Source of the DNA: Octopus bimaculoides
Lineage: Eukaryota
Direction of reading: 5' to 3'
Length of the DNA stretch: 64,000 nucleotides
Assembly (NCBI RefSeq): GCF_001194135.2
Contig: NC_068988.1
Span: 74,370,348-74,434,347 of the forward strand
This document shows positions 50,061 to 62,984 of this stretch, one piece after another. The translations under genes and the position numbers were made by a program. How positions within the stretch are numbered: the first letter of the stretch is position 1; each line of letters begins with the position of its first letter. The notes below the pieces were generated by a model, which ran no database searches, was not told the DNA's origin, and saw only the letters and a program-made list of their open reading frames with translations.

Positions 50061-52239
50061 GGTGTAGTCTTTGCCACAGAATACCATCAGAGTGAAACAG
50101 GGTTTAGTGGATCAAGCTATTCAAATAAAGACTGATTTAAATATTGATTAGGAATAGACTGGCAGAATAAGAATCAGGTTTTTAAAAAATTAGTACTGGG
50201 GTCAATTCATTCAACTAAAATTCCTCAAGGCAGTGCCTGCTATGGCTGCACTCTAATGACTGAGACAAGTAAAAGATAGAATTCCTAGAATTGCTAAAAA
50301 TTGCCAGAATTACAAGAAATTGTCAAAAACTGAGAATTGAATGCCTTGTGGCATTCATTCTGACTTTTGGCATTCTGGGTTCAAATCACACCAAAGTCTA
50401 CTTTACTTTTCTTCATTTCAGGGTCAATAAATGAACAAGCAATCTTTATGTGTCTTAGAAGACCCACCCCCACCACCACCCCCATCCATTCCCATTTCCA
50501 AATCTTTAGCCAGGTTTTCAGTTGGAAGATATCCAGTCCAGCCTACTACATTCAGATGTGATGATCACTAGTATAGTCCTTCCTACTCATATGAAGTAAA
50601 TAACTCACAAATAACTCTACATCTCTTCCAGTTTACAGAAAGTAATGTAAACAAACAGTAAGTGCCTGCTTTATATATGAGATATGGATTAGGAATGGGA
50701 GGATTAGGTAGGGATGATTCAGTCATATGTTGTGAATGTCCACCTATCTATTCATCCCTAGAGCCATCCATCCATCCACCCAGCCTTCTCTCCAACCATC
50801 CATCCCCACAGCATCCATCCATCTATCCACCCTTCCATCTCTCATTTTATCTCACCCTACATCTACCCATCCATTCAACCATCCATCCCTTTGTCTATTC
50901 TAACATCCATCCCTATATTCATTTTATATCCTTTTGTAGTACCCTTTTTATATCCCTTTTACATTACTTTTTATATCCCATTGTGGTATTCCCTTTTATA
51001 TCTCTTTTATATCTTTTTAGATCCCATTTGACATGTTTTGTATAAAGCACACTACTCAACCTACCACACATTGGTACCTCCGGTGTTCCATTTTACGTCC
51101 CTTTTGTATTCCTTTGTAGTGCCCCCTTTATATTTCTTTGTGGTGTCCCATTTTATATTCCTTTTTGTATTTCTTTGTAGTGCCCCCTTATTTATCCCTT
51201 TTATATCCCTTTGTAACACCCCCTTATTTATCCCTTTTATATTCTTTTTGATGCCCTTTTTTATATTCCTTCTGTATTACTTTTTGGTGCATTCCTTTTT
51301 TTTATTCCTTTACAACACTCCATTTTATATTCCTTGCATATATCCTTTTGTGATGGCCCCTTCCAGCTAAATAGACTTGTCAGTAAGGTACAAAGCTCAG
51401 ACTTTTTGGTTTGCTAATTTGCAGTGTCAAGTTCATCGACTAAAAGAAGTTACCTGCAATAAACAAATGCCCTATCTATTACATTAGAAATGGTAATCAA
51501 AACAAGTTACATCAACTTGACTATGCCAAAGATATTATGGACTCCTCAATGTCATCAACTTCATTCACATGGGAAGCTTCTGACACTAGAAATGGCAGCC
51601 AAAACAGCAAATGGGATATCAAATCGACATCAGTGTTCAACTTCTACAAACTGGTAATACCAATACCTCCACTACAAACTGTTGAATCCAACAGTGAAAG
51701 AGCTGCTCAACAAACTTCAAAGCAATAATAACCTGATGAAAATACAAATATTGCAGATTTATGATTTGACATGTTTTGTACAAAGCACACGGCTCAACCT
51801 ACCACACATTGGTATCTCCAGTGCTGACATCAACATAATGATTTGTTACAGCTGGCAACCATGAGTGATGGCTAGTCTGTCAGAAATAGCAGTTAACATG
51901 GACTAGACAGTCAAATTTCACAGCTAGTTAGCAGCTGGTGACAACAATGAATCGCAACCAAACTCTTTTGCACACATGACTCCATAGAAGAAACACTCAA
52001 GAACTTTTTGCTTGTTTTTAATTTCATTTTTATTAAAAAAAAATGTCCTGCCCTGCAAATGTCATTCATTCACAGACACATTTATATTCTTGCAACAGTC
52101 GTGTCCAAAGTTAATGTTTTTTTTTTTTCTGTGTACTCCATTTGAAAATAAATTTACATGCTGCAATCAATCCCTGAAAATGCACCTGCAGATAATAATT
52201 TCAAACACACACATTCATATAACAATGATGTTCCATACT

Positions 52240-52620
52240 TAGGGGCAATTGTACACCATGAATGCATTTATATTATTCAATGTTCTCCTGCAATGGCTTA
52301 GCTTAATGCTTTCACATAAATGTTTGTAGTTTTCCCACGGCAGTTTTCTTGTTGGCATAAGATTTTGGTGCACTTTTCTGGTTAATGGGAACAATGCGCA
52401 TTCATATATTCAAATTCATGTATACCATGTTCTCTTGGCATTTTTCATACAGAAAGATCACAAACTATGTTTTCCTGCTCTTTGCCAGTTACTTTCCTTT
52501 ATAAAAACTTGCTCTGGTCATGTTCAATATAGAGAGAGGTTTAAATGGCTCAGCATATCCAGCACTCTCACTCACAGTGTCCTTAAGTTTCAATATACAC
52601 AACCAGAACACAAACACTAT
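52240..52620 (-). mobile_element. Possible piggyBac transposase C-terminal relic
   Basis: Frameshifted EFEYMNAHCSH*PEK...LCQQENCRGKT...CES...HC, resembling the Cys-rich C-terminus of piggyBac/PGBD proteins. No TIR or TTAA found. Confidence 0.35.
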
Positions 52621-54008
52621 ACTGTTCTCAAATTTTCCATTTCCAAAACATTATATGAATATTTTCTCTATTTGCATGTTTCACTTTTCAGAATGTCAGG
52701 ACAATTTTACAGATACGAACTCAGAATATGGACAATGCTTTCATTTTGTTATATACCTTTTTTTGCTTTTGTCTGTTGCATTTCAATACTTACCTTGCTT
52801 GCTGTATTGCCAATTAGAGTTTTACAATCTAGTTTTTACTCAAGTATACATGTACTGTTCTCTATTGTGTGTCCATTATTTTCCATACACAATTTTCTGC
52901 ATGCTTTATTAATATCAACAGTGTGGTGGAGCTGTAAATTTCTGCAGTTAACCTTCTGCATGACGCCTGATTCCATGCTGGTATTTTTTCGTTCTGTGTA
53001 TAATTTGTTTTATGATGTCTTTTCTTTGCACGCATTAGATGTTTCTTTTGGGATTGTAATGATCTTGATACTGTTTTTTTCTCATTCCAACAATCTCTCT
53101 AGCAGAGGCGTACTGTAGCAAGGTGTAGAATTGAAACTGTGTTAGTTTAGTAATGAGAAATAGGTCACCACATATCAGGTGACTTGCCTTGAATCCCAAC
53201 CAATCACATTACATTTGCAATCATACAATTGATGGAAAATTCCATGATTTTCCTACCAAAGCTTGGCTACAAATATTGAAACATGGAACAATCAGTGCAG
53301 AGGTTTTAGGGGTTCCTGAGAGAACAGGACCCTTGGTTGCTACTTGACCTCAGGTTGTCTATGATGAACACAGAATTTCTTACCTCTCACCACATGAATA
53401 TGTAGTTAAACAATTCTTAGCCCCAAACAACATACATATATGACTCTTCACTGGTAATGGGTGATGCAGCCTCAGGTATGTAACTTTTGTGAGCAATGTA
53501 ATGTTTATGTATGAATAAATGTAATGTACATGTATAAATAAATGGTCTCATAAAAAATCTAAAATGGACTTGGTTTTATATGGGAAGCAACACACAGCTA
53601 AATTCAGCCAAACCAAATAATCATCCATTTTGTAACCAAGTTACAAAATTATTGAACACTTGGTTTGTCTTGTAAGTATAAGACAAGCTCTTACATCTGG
53701 CATACAAACATCAACATGATAGTGAAATAAGTCATTGAAAAGTTTTGCATCCCGATCCCATGTATATTAGAACTTGTTGTTTTGTACTTTGGCCAGACAG
53801 TTTAAGTTCTATCCTTTGGTGATTGGGCCTATGTCTGGTATGACAATACCGCTGTAGTGCATACATTACTACAAACACTTATTATATACCTTCATTGACT
53901 GATACATCCAGTCCTTCAACACAGAATAAACCCCAAAACATCAAATATGACCAAATAGTGATGCCCTATGAGTGCAAAAACATTCCATTCAAGACAATGG
54001 ATCCATAA

Positions 54009-54384
54009 CCATGGCACTCTGTTGGTTACGACGATGAGGATTCCAGTTGATCCAATCAACAGAACAGCCTGCTCATGAAATTAACGTGCACGTGGCTGAG
54101 CACTCCACAGACACAAGTACCCTTAACATAATTCTCAAGGAGATTCAGCATGACACAGAGTGTGACAAGGCTGAAATACAGATACAAGAGAAACAGGAAG
54201 AAAGAATGAGAGAAAGTTCTGGTGAAAGAATACTGCAGGGTTCGTCACCCTCCTCCCCGCGGGAGCCTTGTGGAGCTTTAGGTGTTTTCACTCAATAAAC
54301 ACTCACAACGTCCGGTCTGGGAATCAAAACAGCAATCCTATGACTGTAGGTCTGCTGCCCTAACCACTGGGTCATTGTGCCTCC
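54009..54384 (-). mobile_element. tRNA-derived SINE family C, full length, with a 12-bp TSD
   Basis: A-box TGACCCAGTGG and B-box-like TTTTGATTCC. TSD ATGGATCCATAA at 53997-54008 and 54385-54396. Confidence 0.88.
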
Positions 54385-54515
54385 ATGGATCCATAATAAC
54401 CACTTATAGACAATATGCCCAAACCTTTGTTTCTTTACCAACTACCATCAATAGCTTTAACAAGGGAACATAATAAAATCTACATTACCCACCAAATAAT
54501 ATTTGTTGGGAGGAA

Positions 54516-54696
54516 GGCAGTGAGCTGGCAGAATCATTAGCACGCAAGGCAAAATGCTTAGCAGCATTCCATCTGTCTTTATGTTCTGAGTTCAAATTCC
54601 ACGGTCGATAAAATAAGTACTAGTAGAGTATTGGGGTCAATGTAATCAACTTACTCCAACTCCCGAACTTACTGGCCTTGGGCCAAAATTTGAAAC
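54516..54696 (+). mobile_element. SINE family A (variant tail)
   Basis: ggcagtgagctggcagaatc...gagttcaaattcc...gtcgataaaataagtac...ggccttgggccaaaatttgaaa. Confidence 0.82.
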
Positions 54697-54904
54697 TAAT
54701 ATTTGTTAGGGGAAAAATAATTGTTTTTAAAAATGTTTTTTCTTTTTAACACCATTAGACATAGTTATTTCTACAAATGAATTTTTTAACCAAAAGGTAG
54801 ATTAAAATATATGGCATTTTGTATGGTTGTCATAGTAACAAATTTGCAGTGAGATCCACTTGTGTGTGTATACAGTGACAGTTATGTATATGTATGTATG
54901 TATG

Positions 54905-54937
<33 letters not shown>

Positions 54938-55504
54938 ATGATATAGAAATAGGGAGAAGAAACTTAGGGAAGAAAGAATTTCATGAACAGATTGTTATAT
55001 GGATAAATGGATGAAGGCTAGGATAAAATGAAAGGCCTAGAAAAGAGGATGAGTCAGAGGTATATTGGATAGGGATTGAGAGAGAGAGGGGGGAGGGAGG
55101 GGGGGAGAAAGGACACAGACCGAGAGAGAGTGGAGAGAGGAAGGAAAGGAGAGGGTAGGAAAGAAGAAGGAGGAAGGGAGAGGATAGGAAGGAGGGAAAA
55201 AGAGAGTGAAGATGGGAGAGGGAGAGAGAGAGAGAGTGGGAGAGGGAGAGGGACGGGATAAGGGAAAGAGAGTGGGTTAGTGAGAGAGAGATGGAGGAGA
55301 TATTAGTATAGGATAATACCAGCAATTTTAACAAGCAACAAAAATAACATCAAACAACATCAATAATAACAATAACAGCAACAATATCAACAGCAAAAAC
55401 AACAATAACAACATTAACAACAACAACAGAAATAACAACAACCACAACAATAGCAACAATAACAAAAACAACACTATCAACAAGACCTCATTATGATAAT
55501 AATG

Positions 55505-55712
55505 ATTTCAAATTTTGGCACAAGGCCAGTAATTTCAGGGAGGGATAAATCAATTACATTGACCCCAGTATTCAGCTGACATTTACTTTATTGATCCTGA
55601 AAGGATGAAAAGCAAAATCAACTTTGGCAGGATTTGAACTCAAAATGTAAAGACAGATGAAATGCCACAAAGCATTTTGCCCAGCATGCTAACAATTCTA
55701 CCAGCTCACCAC
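55505..55712 (-). mobile_element. SINE family A (variant tail), followed by a second stub at 55725-55800
   Basis: Reverse complement of the family seen at 54516. Confidence 0.82.
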
Positions 55713-56979
55713 TCCCCTAATATAAATATTTTCAAATTTTGGCATAAGGCCAGCAAGCTCAGGGAAGGGTGTAAGTCAATTACATCAGCCCTCAATATGA
55801 ATAGTGCTATGTCTTTGACAGTGCATGGAGATTTACATATTTGGCTACATGTGTGCTTTACATGTGTGCCTACATATGTAGCTACATGCGTGGCTACATG
55901 TATTACCTGTTATTTGTTTGTCTGGAAACAGTTGATGCCTCTCTTCTTGTTCTCAAACAGGAAAATACAGCAAAAACCTGTTGGTGTTTTCCTTTTTACC
56001 CTCCCTGGCTCCAAAATGAATGGCTGGTGTTTGGGGGCTGAGAGGAGAAAAGAATTAACAAATGTATCCAAAGATAGGGTACAAAATGATTAAAAGGTAT
56101 AGCCTTCAGTAAATTGACAGTATCAATACTAATCAAGAAATGATAGTAATAAATTATGATTTTCAATATAGGGTTGGTATTATATACACTTACAGGTAAT
56201 AATGACCTACACAGTTGTTCCAAATCAGTGAGATCAATAAGAAGGGCTTGTTCCTATGTCCTTTACAGATCTTCCAAATCCCATAATGTCTGTAAGAATG
56301 GGTAGTTCCCATGACCTTTATTGATTATCCAAGACGAGAGGAGTCTTTTGAAAGGGTCTCTCCTCCTGGCCTCCGCAGTTCCTCCAACACCAATGAAGTT
56401 TATGCAGTTAATATTACTTTTAATCAGTTACAATTCTATGGCAGGATGGGAAATTGTGCCAAGGAGAAAATACTGGGTTTAGTGGTTAGTATGAGTTCTG
56501 GAAGGAGGTTGGACACAATATGGTTGATGGGAAGAGAAAGGATGAGATGAAAGAGCCAGAATGAAGATAGCTATAGATTGGCCTGATGTGAGAAATAGAG
56601 GCAATTGTTGTTGTGGTAGAAAAGACAGAGAAATGAGAAAGGTTGTGGGCCAGAGGGTGGAGAGTTGATCAGTGACTTCATGGCATGTGACATTTTTGTG
56701 CATATTGTCTTGAATGTCTCTGTGTGTACTACAAGTCTTTCTCAGATGTGAGAGCAGTACACCAGTAAAGGCCTCACCTGAGCATTGTAAGAGGTTAGTA
56801 GTTAGACCAAGAGAGCTGCACAACTTATAGATTCACAGTATAATAATATTTTCATTGTATGTTTATTTCATGTTGTGAGAGGCAGGAAAATTACATGTTC
56901 GTGATGAATGAACGATTTCTTTTAAGCCAGGGCTGAGCAGCATTCAAGAAACTTGGACTGAAAGCCATCTGAATATTAG

Positions 56980-57700
56980 AAAAGAGTTACTTGTATTGTG
57001 ATGATTTGTGCCAGGTATGAAAATCTCAATGCTCTGTGAACACTGTGAAGGCTGTATGACATGACACGGACAGCTGAAACAGAAACTATGAAGCCATGGT
57101 CAGCGAGAAGGGACACAGCAGGCATTTTGAGTGCATCCATATGCAGGAATTCATCCAACAACTGCAGGACATGGTGATGGAAAATCTGAGCAAGGGAATC
57201 CAGGCTTTGGCAAGAGAAATGGGCACTGGAGTCATACCCATGAGAACTTTTGCTACCACTCATACAAGAGGTGCAAGGGGCAAATTCTGACATCCAAAGC
57301 CAAGGAGAACCTCTTGATGAAAACAAAGAAGCTCTTGAACAAGCTGAGGCATCCTGTTGAGGATGATTGGTTCTTTCAGATGAAAAGAACTTCTGCCAGG
57401 ACCAGTCACACAACACCCAGAACAACAGGTGGCTTGCCTACAATCTATGTGACATCCCCCATATCATGAAAACCTAGTTACCCCAAAACTGTGATGGTCT
57501 TTGGGTGTTTCTCCAGTGACAATAATGTCATGTTAACCCACATTTTTGAACAGGGACTGAGGCTCAGTTCAGATGGTTATGTGAAGCCGCTGGAGACTGT
57601 GATCAATCTCTAGTTACTCCACCAGAAACAATACTGGAAACAACACCAATTACACCTAAGGTGGTACCCCAGATATCCTCATCCTCTGGCTGAAACCAGN
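56980..57700 (+). mobile_element. maT/DD37D-like Tc1-mariner transposase fragment
   Basis: KGQILTSKAKE...KKLLNKLRHP, (S)DEKNFCQDQSHNTQNNRWLA, PQTVMVFGC, GLRLSSDGYV. Truncated at a gap, so the DD37D spacing is not visible. Confidence 0.78.
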
Positions 57701-57800
57701 NNNNNNNNNNNNNNNNNNNNNNNNNNNNNNNNNNNNNNNNNNNNNNNNNNNNNNNNNNNNNNNNNNNNNNNNNNNNNNNNNNNNNNNNNNNNNNNNNNNN

Positions 57801-57835
<35 letters not shown>

Positions 57836-58289
57836 CACATATAAGGTATCATATTCTGCAACCCCAAGCCCTGCATTACTAGGACTAATAAGTATGAACT
57901 AAACAATGCAAAATTAGTAGATCCCCTGATACTTAATAAGCTATATCTAAATACCATTGTTCTTGACATACAACATTGTATGTCCCCAGTTGTTCTCTAA
58001 CACCTGTAACATGATCATTAATTCAACGCCAAATGCATGGTGTGCACTGGTCCAAACCATGATGGTAACTAAAAAAAATCGATGAAGCATTAGCTACATG
58101 AAGACACTGTTATTACCCACCTAACTTCTCTGTCTAATATGCATCAAAACAGAAAGAGTAGCAGGGTGAGGGTGGGATTTTAGCACACCCTATATCATCA
58201 CCTCAATGTCTGGAAGCTGAGTAAAGTCTGAACATTCTTTTACATACTTCGTGAGCAACATATTATCTACAGAAGCAAATATTACTCTA

Positions 58290-58605
58290 TGTAGCAACAA
58301 ATCTTGGGCAGGACTTAAAGTCTAAGAATATGGTGATGTAACATCTCAGAAAATCATAAAAGGAATTTCTTATATGCAGATGTTGAGGCTGTGTTACCAT
58401 ATGGCTCTTCCGCCTGGAGACCAACCAAAAGACTCTAAAATCTATGCTGGATGGTACCCACTCATGTATATTAAATGCCATTTTGAATGTCTTAGAGAAA
58501 GCCCTGCAAAACAGTGAGCCTACAATACATTTCCAAAAGTATCAGGTACAATTACAAGAAGAAGCAGTCACTTTGTTGGGCATCTCATTATGGTCTGTTT
58601 CACAA
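58290..58605 (+). mobile_element. Decayed RTE-clade C-terminal fragment
   Basis: VEAVLPYGSSAW..TKRL...DGT...LNAILN...PKVSGTITRR...FVGH across frameshifts. Confidence 0.5.
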
Positions 58606-58624
58606 TAAAACAATTTGTTTTTAG

Positions 58625-59940
58625 GTCTCACATTATTTATTAGCATTATAGCATATTACAGAAACTGGCAGATATACATGAGAAGCAGAGGCATATGCAT
58701 ATAAAAGGCATACAGGTATACTGACACAGACAGACAGGCAGGCAGACATCCAGAGAGGCAGACAGGCAGACAAACAGACATAAAGAGAGACTGACAGGCA
58801 GACATACAGTGAGACTGACAGACAGACAGACAAATAAACATACAGAGAGAGATATACAGACAAACAGACAGATAGATAGGCCGACATAGAGACAGGAAGG
58901 CATAAATGATAAATGCCTGCCTAGTTGTCTGTCTCTATTTTTCTCTGCCCTTCTTTGTCTGCCTGTTGTCTCTTTTCCTTTTATTTCTTCGCCTTAATCT
59001 CGCCTTCTCTGTCCTTTTTCTTTCTCTTTTATTTCCTTCTCTCCCTCTTACACACTTTTTCATTCCCTCATTTTCTCTGTCAATGCTCTCCTATCTGTCT
59101 TTTTCGTACACCTCTTTCTTCCTCTCACTTCACCCTTCTGTACTCTTCTAAATCTCTACATTATAATACCGTAGATCGATCCCCCCCCACTTTCCTTTAT
59201 TGGTTTTCTTTCACAGTCCTCTCTCTCTCATCTCCTGCTATACCAAAATATTTCAATACAATAAATCTTCTCTCTTATCTTCTCTTTCTCCATCATATTT
59301 TATACATTTCTCTTACTTTCCCCTCTCTATATCTAAATATATCTTTCTCTCTCACCTCTTCCCTCACTTCTTTTTACTCTTTCTAATTACCATTATCTTC
59401 CTCACCTTAGTCATTTTCTCTGTCTATCCCTCTTACCCTGCCTCTACTTTCTTTCACTTCTCCTTTTTTACTTCTCTATTTGCCATTTCCCTTTTTTTTT
59501 TATTCAATGCATCTTCATCTCCATTTCTCTCTCCCTGTTTCTACGTTTTACTGCTTACTCTCTCTCACTCAATTTTCTCAACTTTTTCCGCTCCGAATCA
59601 CTCTTGTTCTCCCTCAGTTTCATTACCCTCATATTCTCCCTCCCTCTCCCTCTTTCTCTCTCAGTCTCTCACTCTTTCTCTTCCTTTCCCCGCCCCGTCT
59701 CACTCTTACTCCCTCTATTTTCATTTCTCCCGCTTCCTAAACCAATCTGTGTTATTTTCTCTTTTTCTTCTCCGTTTCCTCCTTTCACTTTTCACCTCTT
59801 TACTATCTTTCTCTGCCTTACTCCCCTTTCTCTCCTCTCTGTCTGTCTGGCTCTCTTCTTAATACTGCACCACTGCCTTCCTCCTCCCCCTCCTCATTTC
59901 CCACTACAACTGCCCCACCGATTCTTCTGTCGCTAGGATT
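58625..59940. repeat. (GACA)n plus a long CT-rich low-complexity tract
   Basis: Composition accounts for the L/S/F-rich ORFs at 58633-59936. Confidence 0.9.
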
Positions 59941-60078
59941 TTACTGTCAAACCTGTGAGTTTCTCTTTTTCCATTTCTACATCGTCTCACCTGATTTTGT
60001 TTCGGTTTGCATTGAACAAATATATTGTCTTTCGTTTCTAATCAAATGATAACTACTTGTTAAACAAAATATAATAAT

Positions 60079-60201
60079 CCTTTCTGCTACAGGCACAAGA
60101 CATGAAATTTTCGGGAAGGGACTAGTCGATTACATCGATCCCAGTACTCAACTGGTACTTCATTTTATCTGAAGAGATGAAAATCAAAGTTGACATCGGC
60201 G

Positions 60202-60203
<2 letters not shown>
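60079..60203 (-). mobile_element. 5'-truncated SINE family A copy between (TAA)n tracts
   Basis: cctttctgctacaggcacaag...gtcgattacatcgatcccagtac, flanked by TAA repeats. Confidence 0.8.
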
Positions 60204-60232
<29 letters not shown>

Positions 60233-61276
60233 CCTATTGTATACACGGCTAATTTGATACCTTAAAAGCACCATTCACGCATACGTCGCAGGATGTGTGT
60301 GAGGGATGTACAGCTACATACACGCGCATAATGTCGTTGTCACCTATCCTCTGGGGTCAGAAATGATTGTCCATCAGATATAACTTCTGCGGATCTACAT
60401 TTAGTTATGTTAGGCCAGTGCATGGTTCACAAGTTCAGTGACGAATACAGGACCCCGCGAGATGTGCTGTTTTGGTCACCCCACACCATCTTCTCACATT
60501 TAATGTATTAATTATTTGATTTGTTTTGTGTCCAAAGTGTTAACTTCATCACCAATCATCCTGTCTCTTCTTATGTTTGTTATATTCGCCAATAATTCCC
60601 ACTCGTATATATTGATGCCACCCTTTTACAAATATAACCCTTTAGATACATCTTTTAATCTCTCCTTCTGTCTCCCTTACATGTGCTTTCATTCATTTAG
60701 CTGGGAGTAGTTTAACCAGTTGTTAAGCCACTGAGGGCATGGCACATAGACTTGAAGGCCAACCCAACGATGTTGTTTAATCTTGCTTTTCTATGCAGCA
60801 AATGTGGCTTTACTCAAGCTAACAATCTGCTCTTTTTTGTTCTGCCCCTGGATGTCCATGAATTTTCTCCAAACATGTCTAATGATATATCGCCAGATTT
60901 TGGACATGTCACCTGTAACAGGTCCAGGTGTCAGAGACTGAATACGACTGCCGTTCATACTCCGTACATTTAGTTATCCCGTATTACCGTCTGTATACAC
61001 CCGCCGCTCAGAGTGTGCGTGCGTGTATGTATATATATATATGATGTGAATAATTTATGACATATAATGATGGCAATGATTCTGTCTTGTTGCCATCCCT
61101 TTTCATTTATTATGCCCATTGAAAAGCCATAATTAAAGCAACACCTTCACCTCATCTCATTTTTTGTTTCCATTTATGTTGATGTAAAAGTGCAAGAGAT
61201 ACATCTATGTATGTGTCTATGTTTCTGTGTGTCCTTATGTGTTGATATATGTATGGTATATGTGTGTCACCGTTTA

Positions 61277-61336
<60 letters not shown>

Positions 61337-62388
61337 TGCATATATAAGTATATATGTACTTGTGCATAGTTTGTGGCATGTGTGTGTGTGTGTGTCAGTT
61401 ACATAAACGACTTTGTTTCCATGACGTATACGCCCCCTACCCATCATACACACACACACACATTCACTGCTCCATCTATTTAAATGTAGAGAATGAATTA
61501 TATGAAATACATTGGGGGTATTGACGAGGACCTGGTACTTAGATTTGTAATACCCCAATGATGACAATTGAGCCTGTTGTTTCCTTCTGCTATCAACATC
61601 ATCGCTGATAGCAGATTCATGTTATCCATCATAAGAAGTAGACATTGCAGCTTGACTCTACTCAGCTGCCTTCATCAAATCTAATGAATGCATGCATATA
61701 AATAAATGTATATATATANNNNNNNNNNNNNNNNNNNNNNNNNNNNNNNNNNNNNNNNNNNNNNNNNNNNNNNNNNNNNNNNNNNNNNNNNNNNNNNNNN
61801 NNNNNNNNNNNNNNNNNNNNNNNNNNNNNNNNNNNNNNNNNNNNNNNNNNNNNNNNNNNNNNNNNNNNNNNNNNNNNNNNNNNNNNNNNNNNNNNNNNNN
61901 NNNNNNNNNNNNNNNNNNNNNNNNNNNNNNNNNNNNNNNNNTGTGTGTGTGTGTGTGTGTGTGTATAATCAGCGATTACTTGGTAAACAGTGCCGAATTT
62001 TACAATCTGTAAATAATAATAATATTTTATAAGCTTAAAGCTTATGAACGATCACCGCGCATTGATTAAGGTAAATAGTCTGATATTGAGGTATTTAAGC
62101 CCTCGACGGAAAAAAGTAGGGTTTGCTGTACGCATGTATATATATGAATGTATATGTATGTATGTGTGTACGCATATACACACATGTATTTGTAAACACA
62201 TACAGATATTTTTAGCAGTTTTTATATCGAAAATTATTACGGCTATCACTGGAAGAAATAGTTAAATGCTATAAGAGACAACACTGCAGCAACAGCAGCA
62301 GCAGTATAAGAACTCATGAGTCACTAGTTTACACTTCAGTACCTTATCCACTTGATCACTGTTTTGCACTCCCCACACACTTATTATA

Positions 62389-62427
<39 letters not shown>

Positions 62428-62837
62428 CTGTAAATCTGTGTACACAAGCCTGTATAGAAATGTAGACAAGTGTTTCTCAACTTATTTTCTGTATTCCACA
62501 CCCGCTTTACTGGTTCACCCCTGAGTTACCCCATCCATCCTTACATATGGTAAGAAACATGTCAACTTGTATAAAGCACTGTAATAATCGTTTCTTTATT
62601 GGCCTCCAGGACTGTTATAATAATGTTCATTTGTAACCAACTTTATGTTAATTAAACATAGATGTCATTGAAATCAACTTTAAAGGGATTAAATCTAGCA
62701 AAAGACAGTGAATAATTTTTCTGTTTTCCCCACTTAAATTCTTCCCTTCGCCCCCACCTCTGCAGGGAAATTTTTCCCTGGCTAGGAATTTTAAAAGTAG
62801 AGGAAAACATAGAAATAACAAAACATCGTAATATATA

Positions 62838-62975
62838 TATTAAAAATAGGAAAGGCTGGTTTATGGGATTACCTTAGGTTTCCTGTCCATAAAGGGTTTA
62901 GTTTTATGGCGTATCGTCAGATCCCAAAACCCGTATGCTACTTCTTTTGGATTTATGTTTTCTATAAACAATATA
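62838..62975. mobile_element. Penelope-like 3' repeat stub with an internal inversion
   Basis: 62838-62932 matches 12608-12705 directly. 62938-62975 matches the reverse complement of ~12550-12586. Confidence 0.85.
62858..62931 (-). ncRNA. Type I hammerhead ribozyme with an intact catalytic core
   Basis: RNA GGUUUUGGGAU-CUGACGA-UACG-CCAUAAA(ACUAAACCC)UUUAUGG-ACAG-GAAA-CC(UAA)GG-UA^AUCCCAUAAACC. The GUA cleavage triplet is at 62872-62870. Confidence 0.78.
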
Positions 62976-62984
62976 TAAATAGAC

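Noticed and set aside
52435-53118. 227-aa plus-strand ORF
   Set aside because: No recognisable motif. It is probably the stop-poor antisense of a decayed A-rich minus-strand element.
54300-54384. tRNA gene
   Set aside because: A and B boxes are present but there is no cloverleaf. It is the head of a TSD-flanked SINE.
58633-59936. Several 80-220-aa L/S/F-rich ORFs
   Set aside because: They arise from CT-rich low-complexity sequence.
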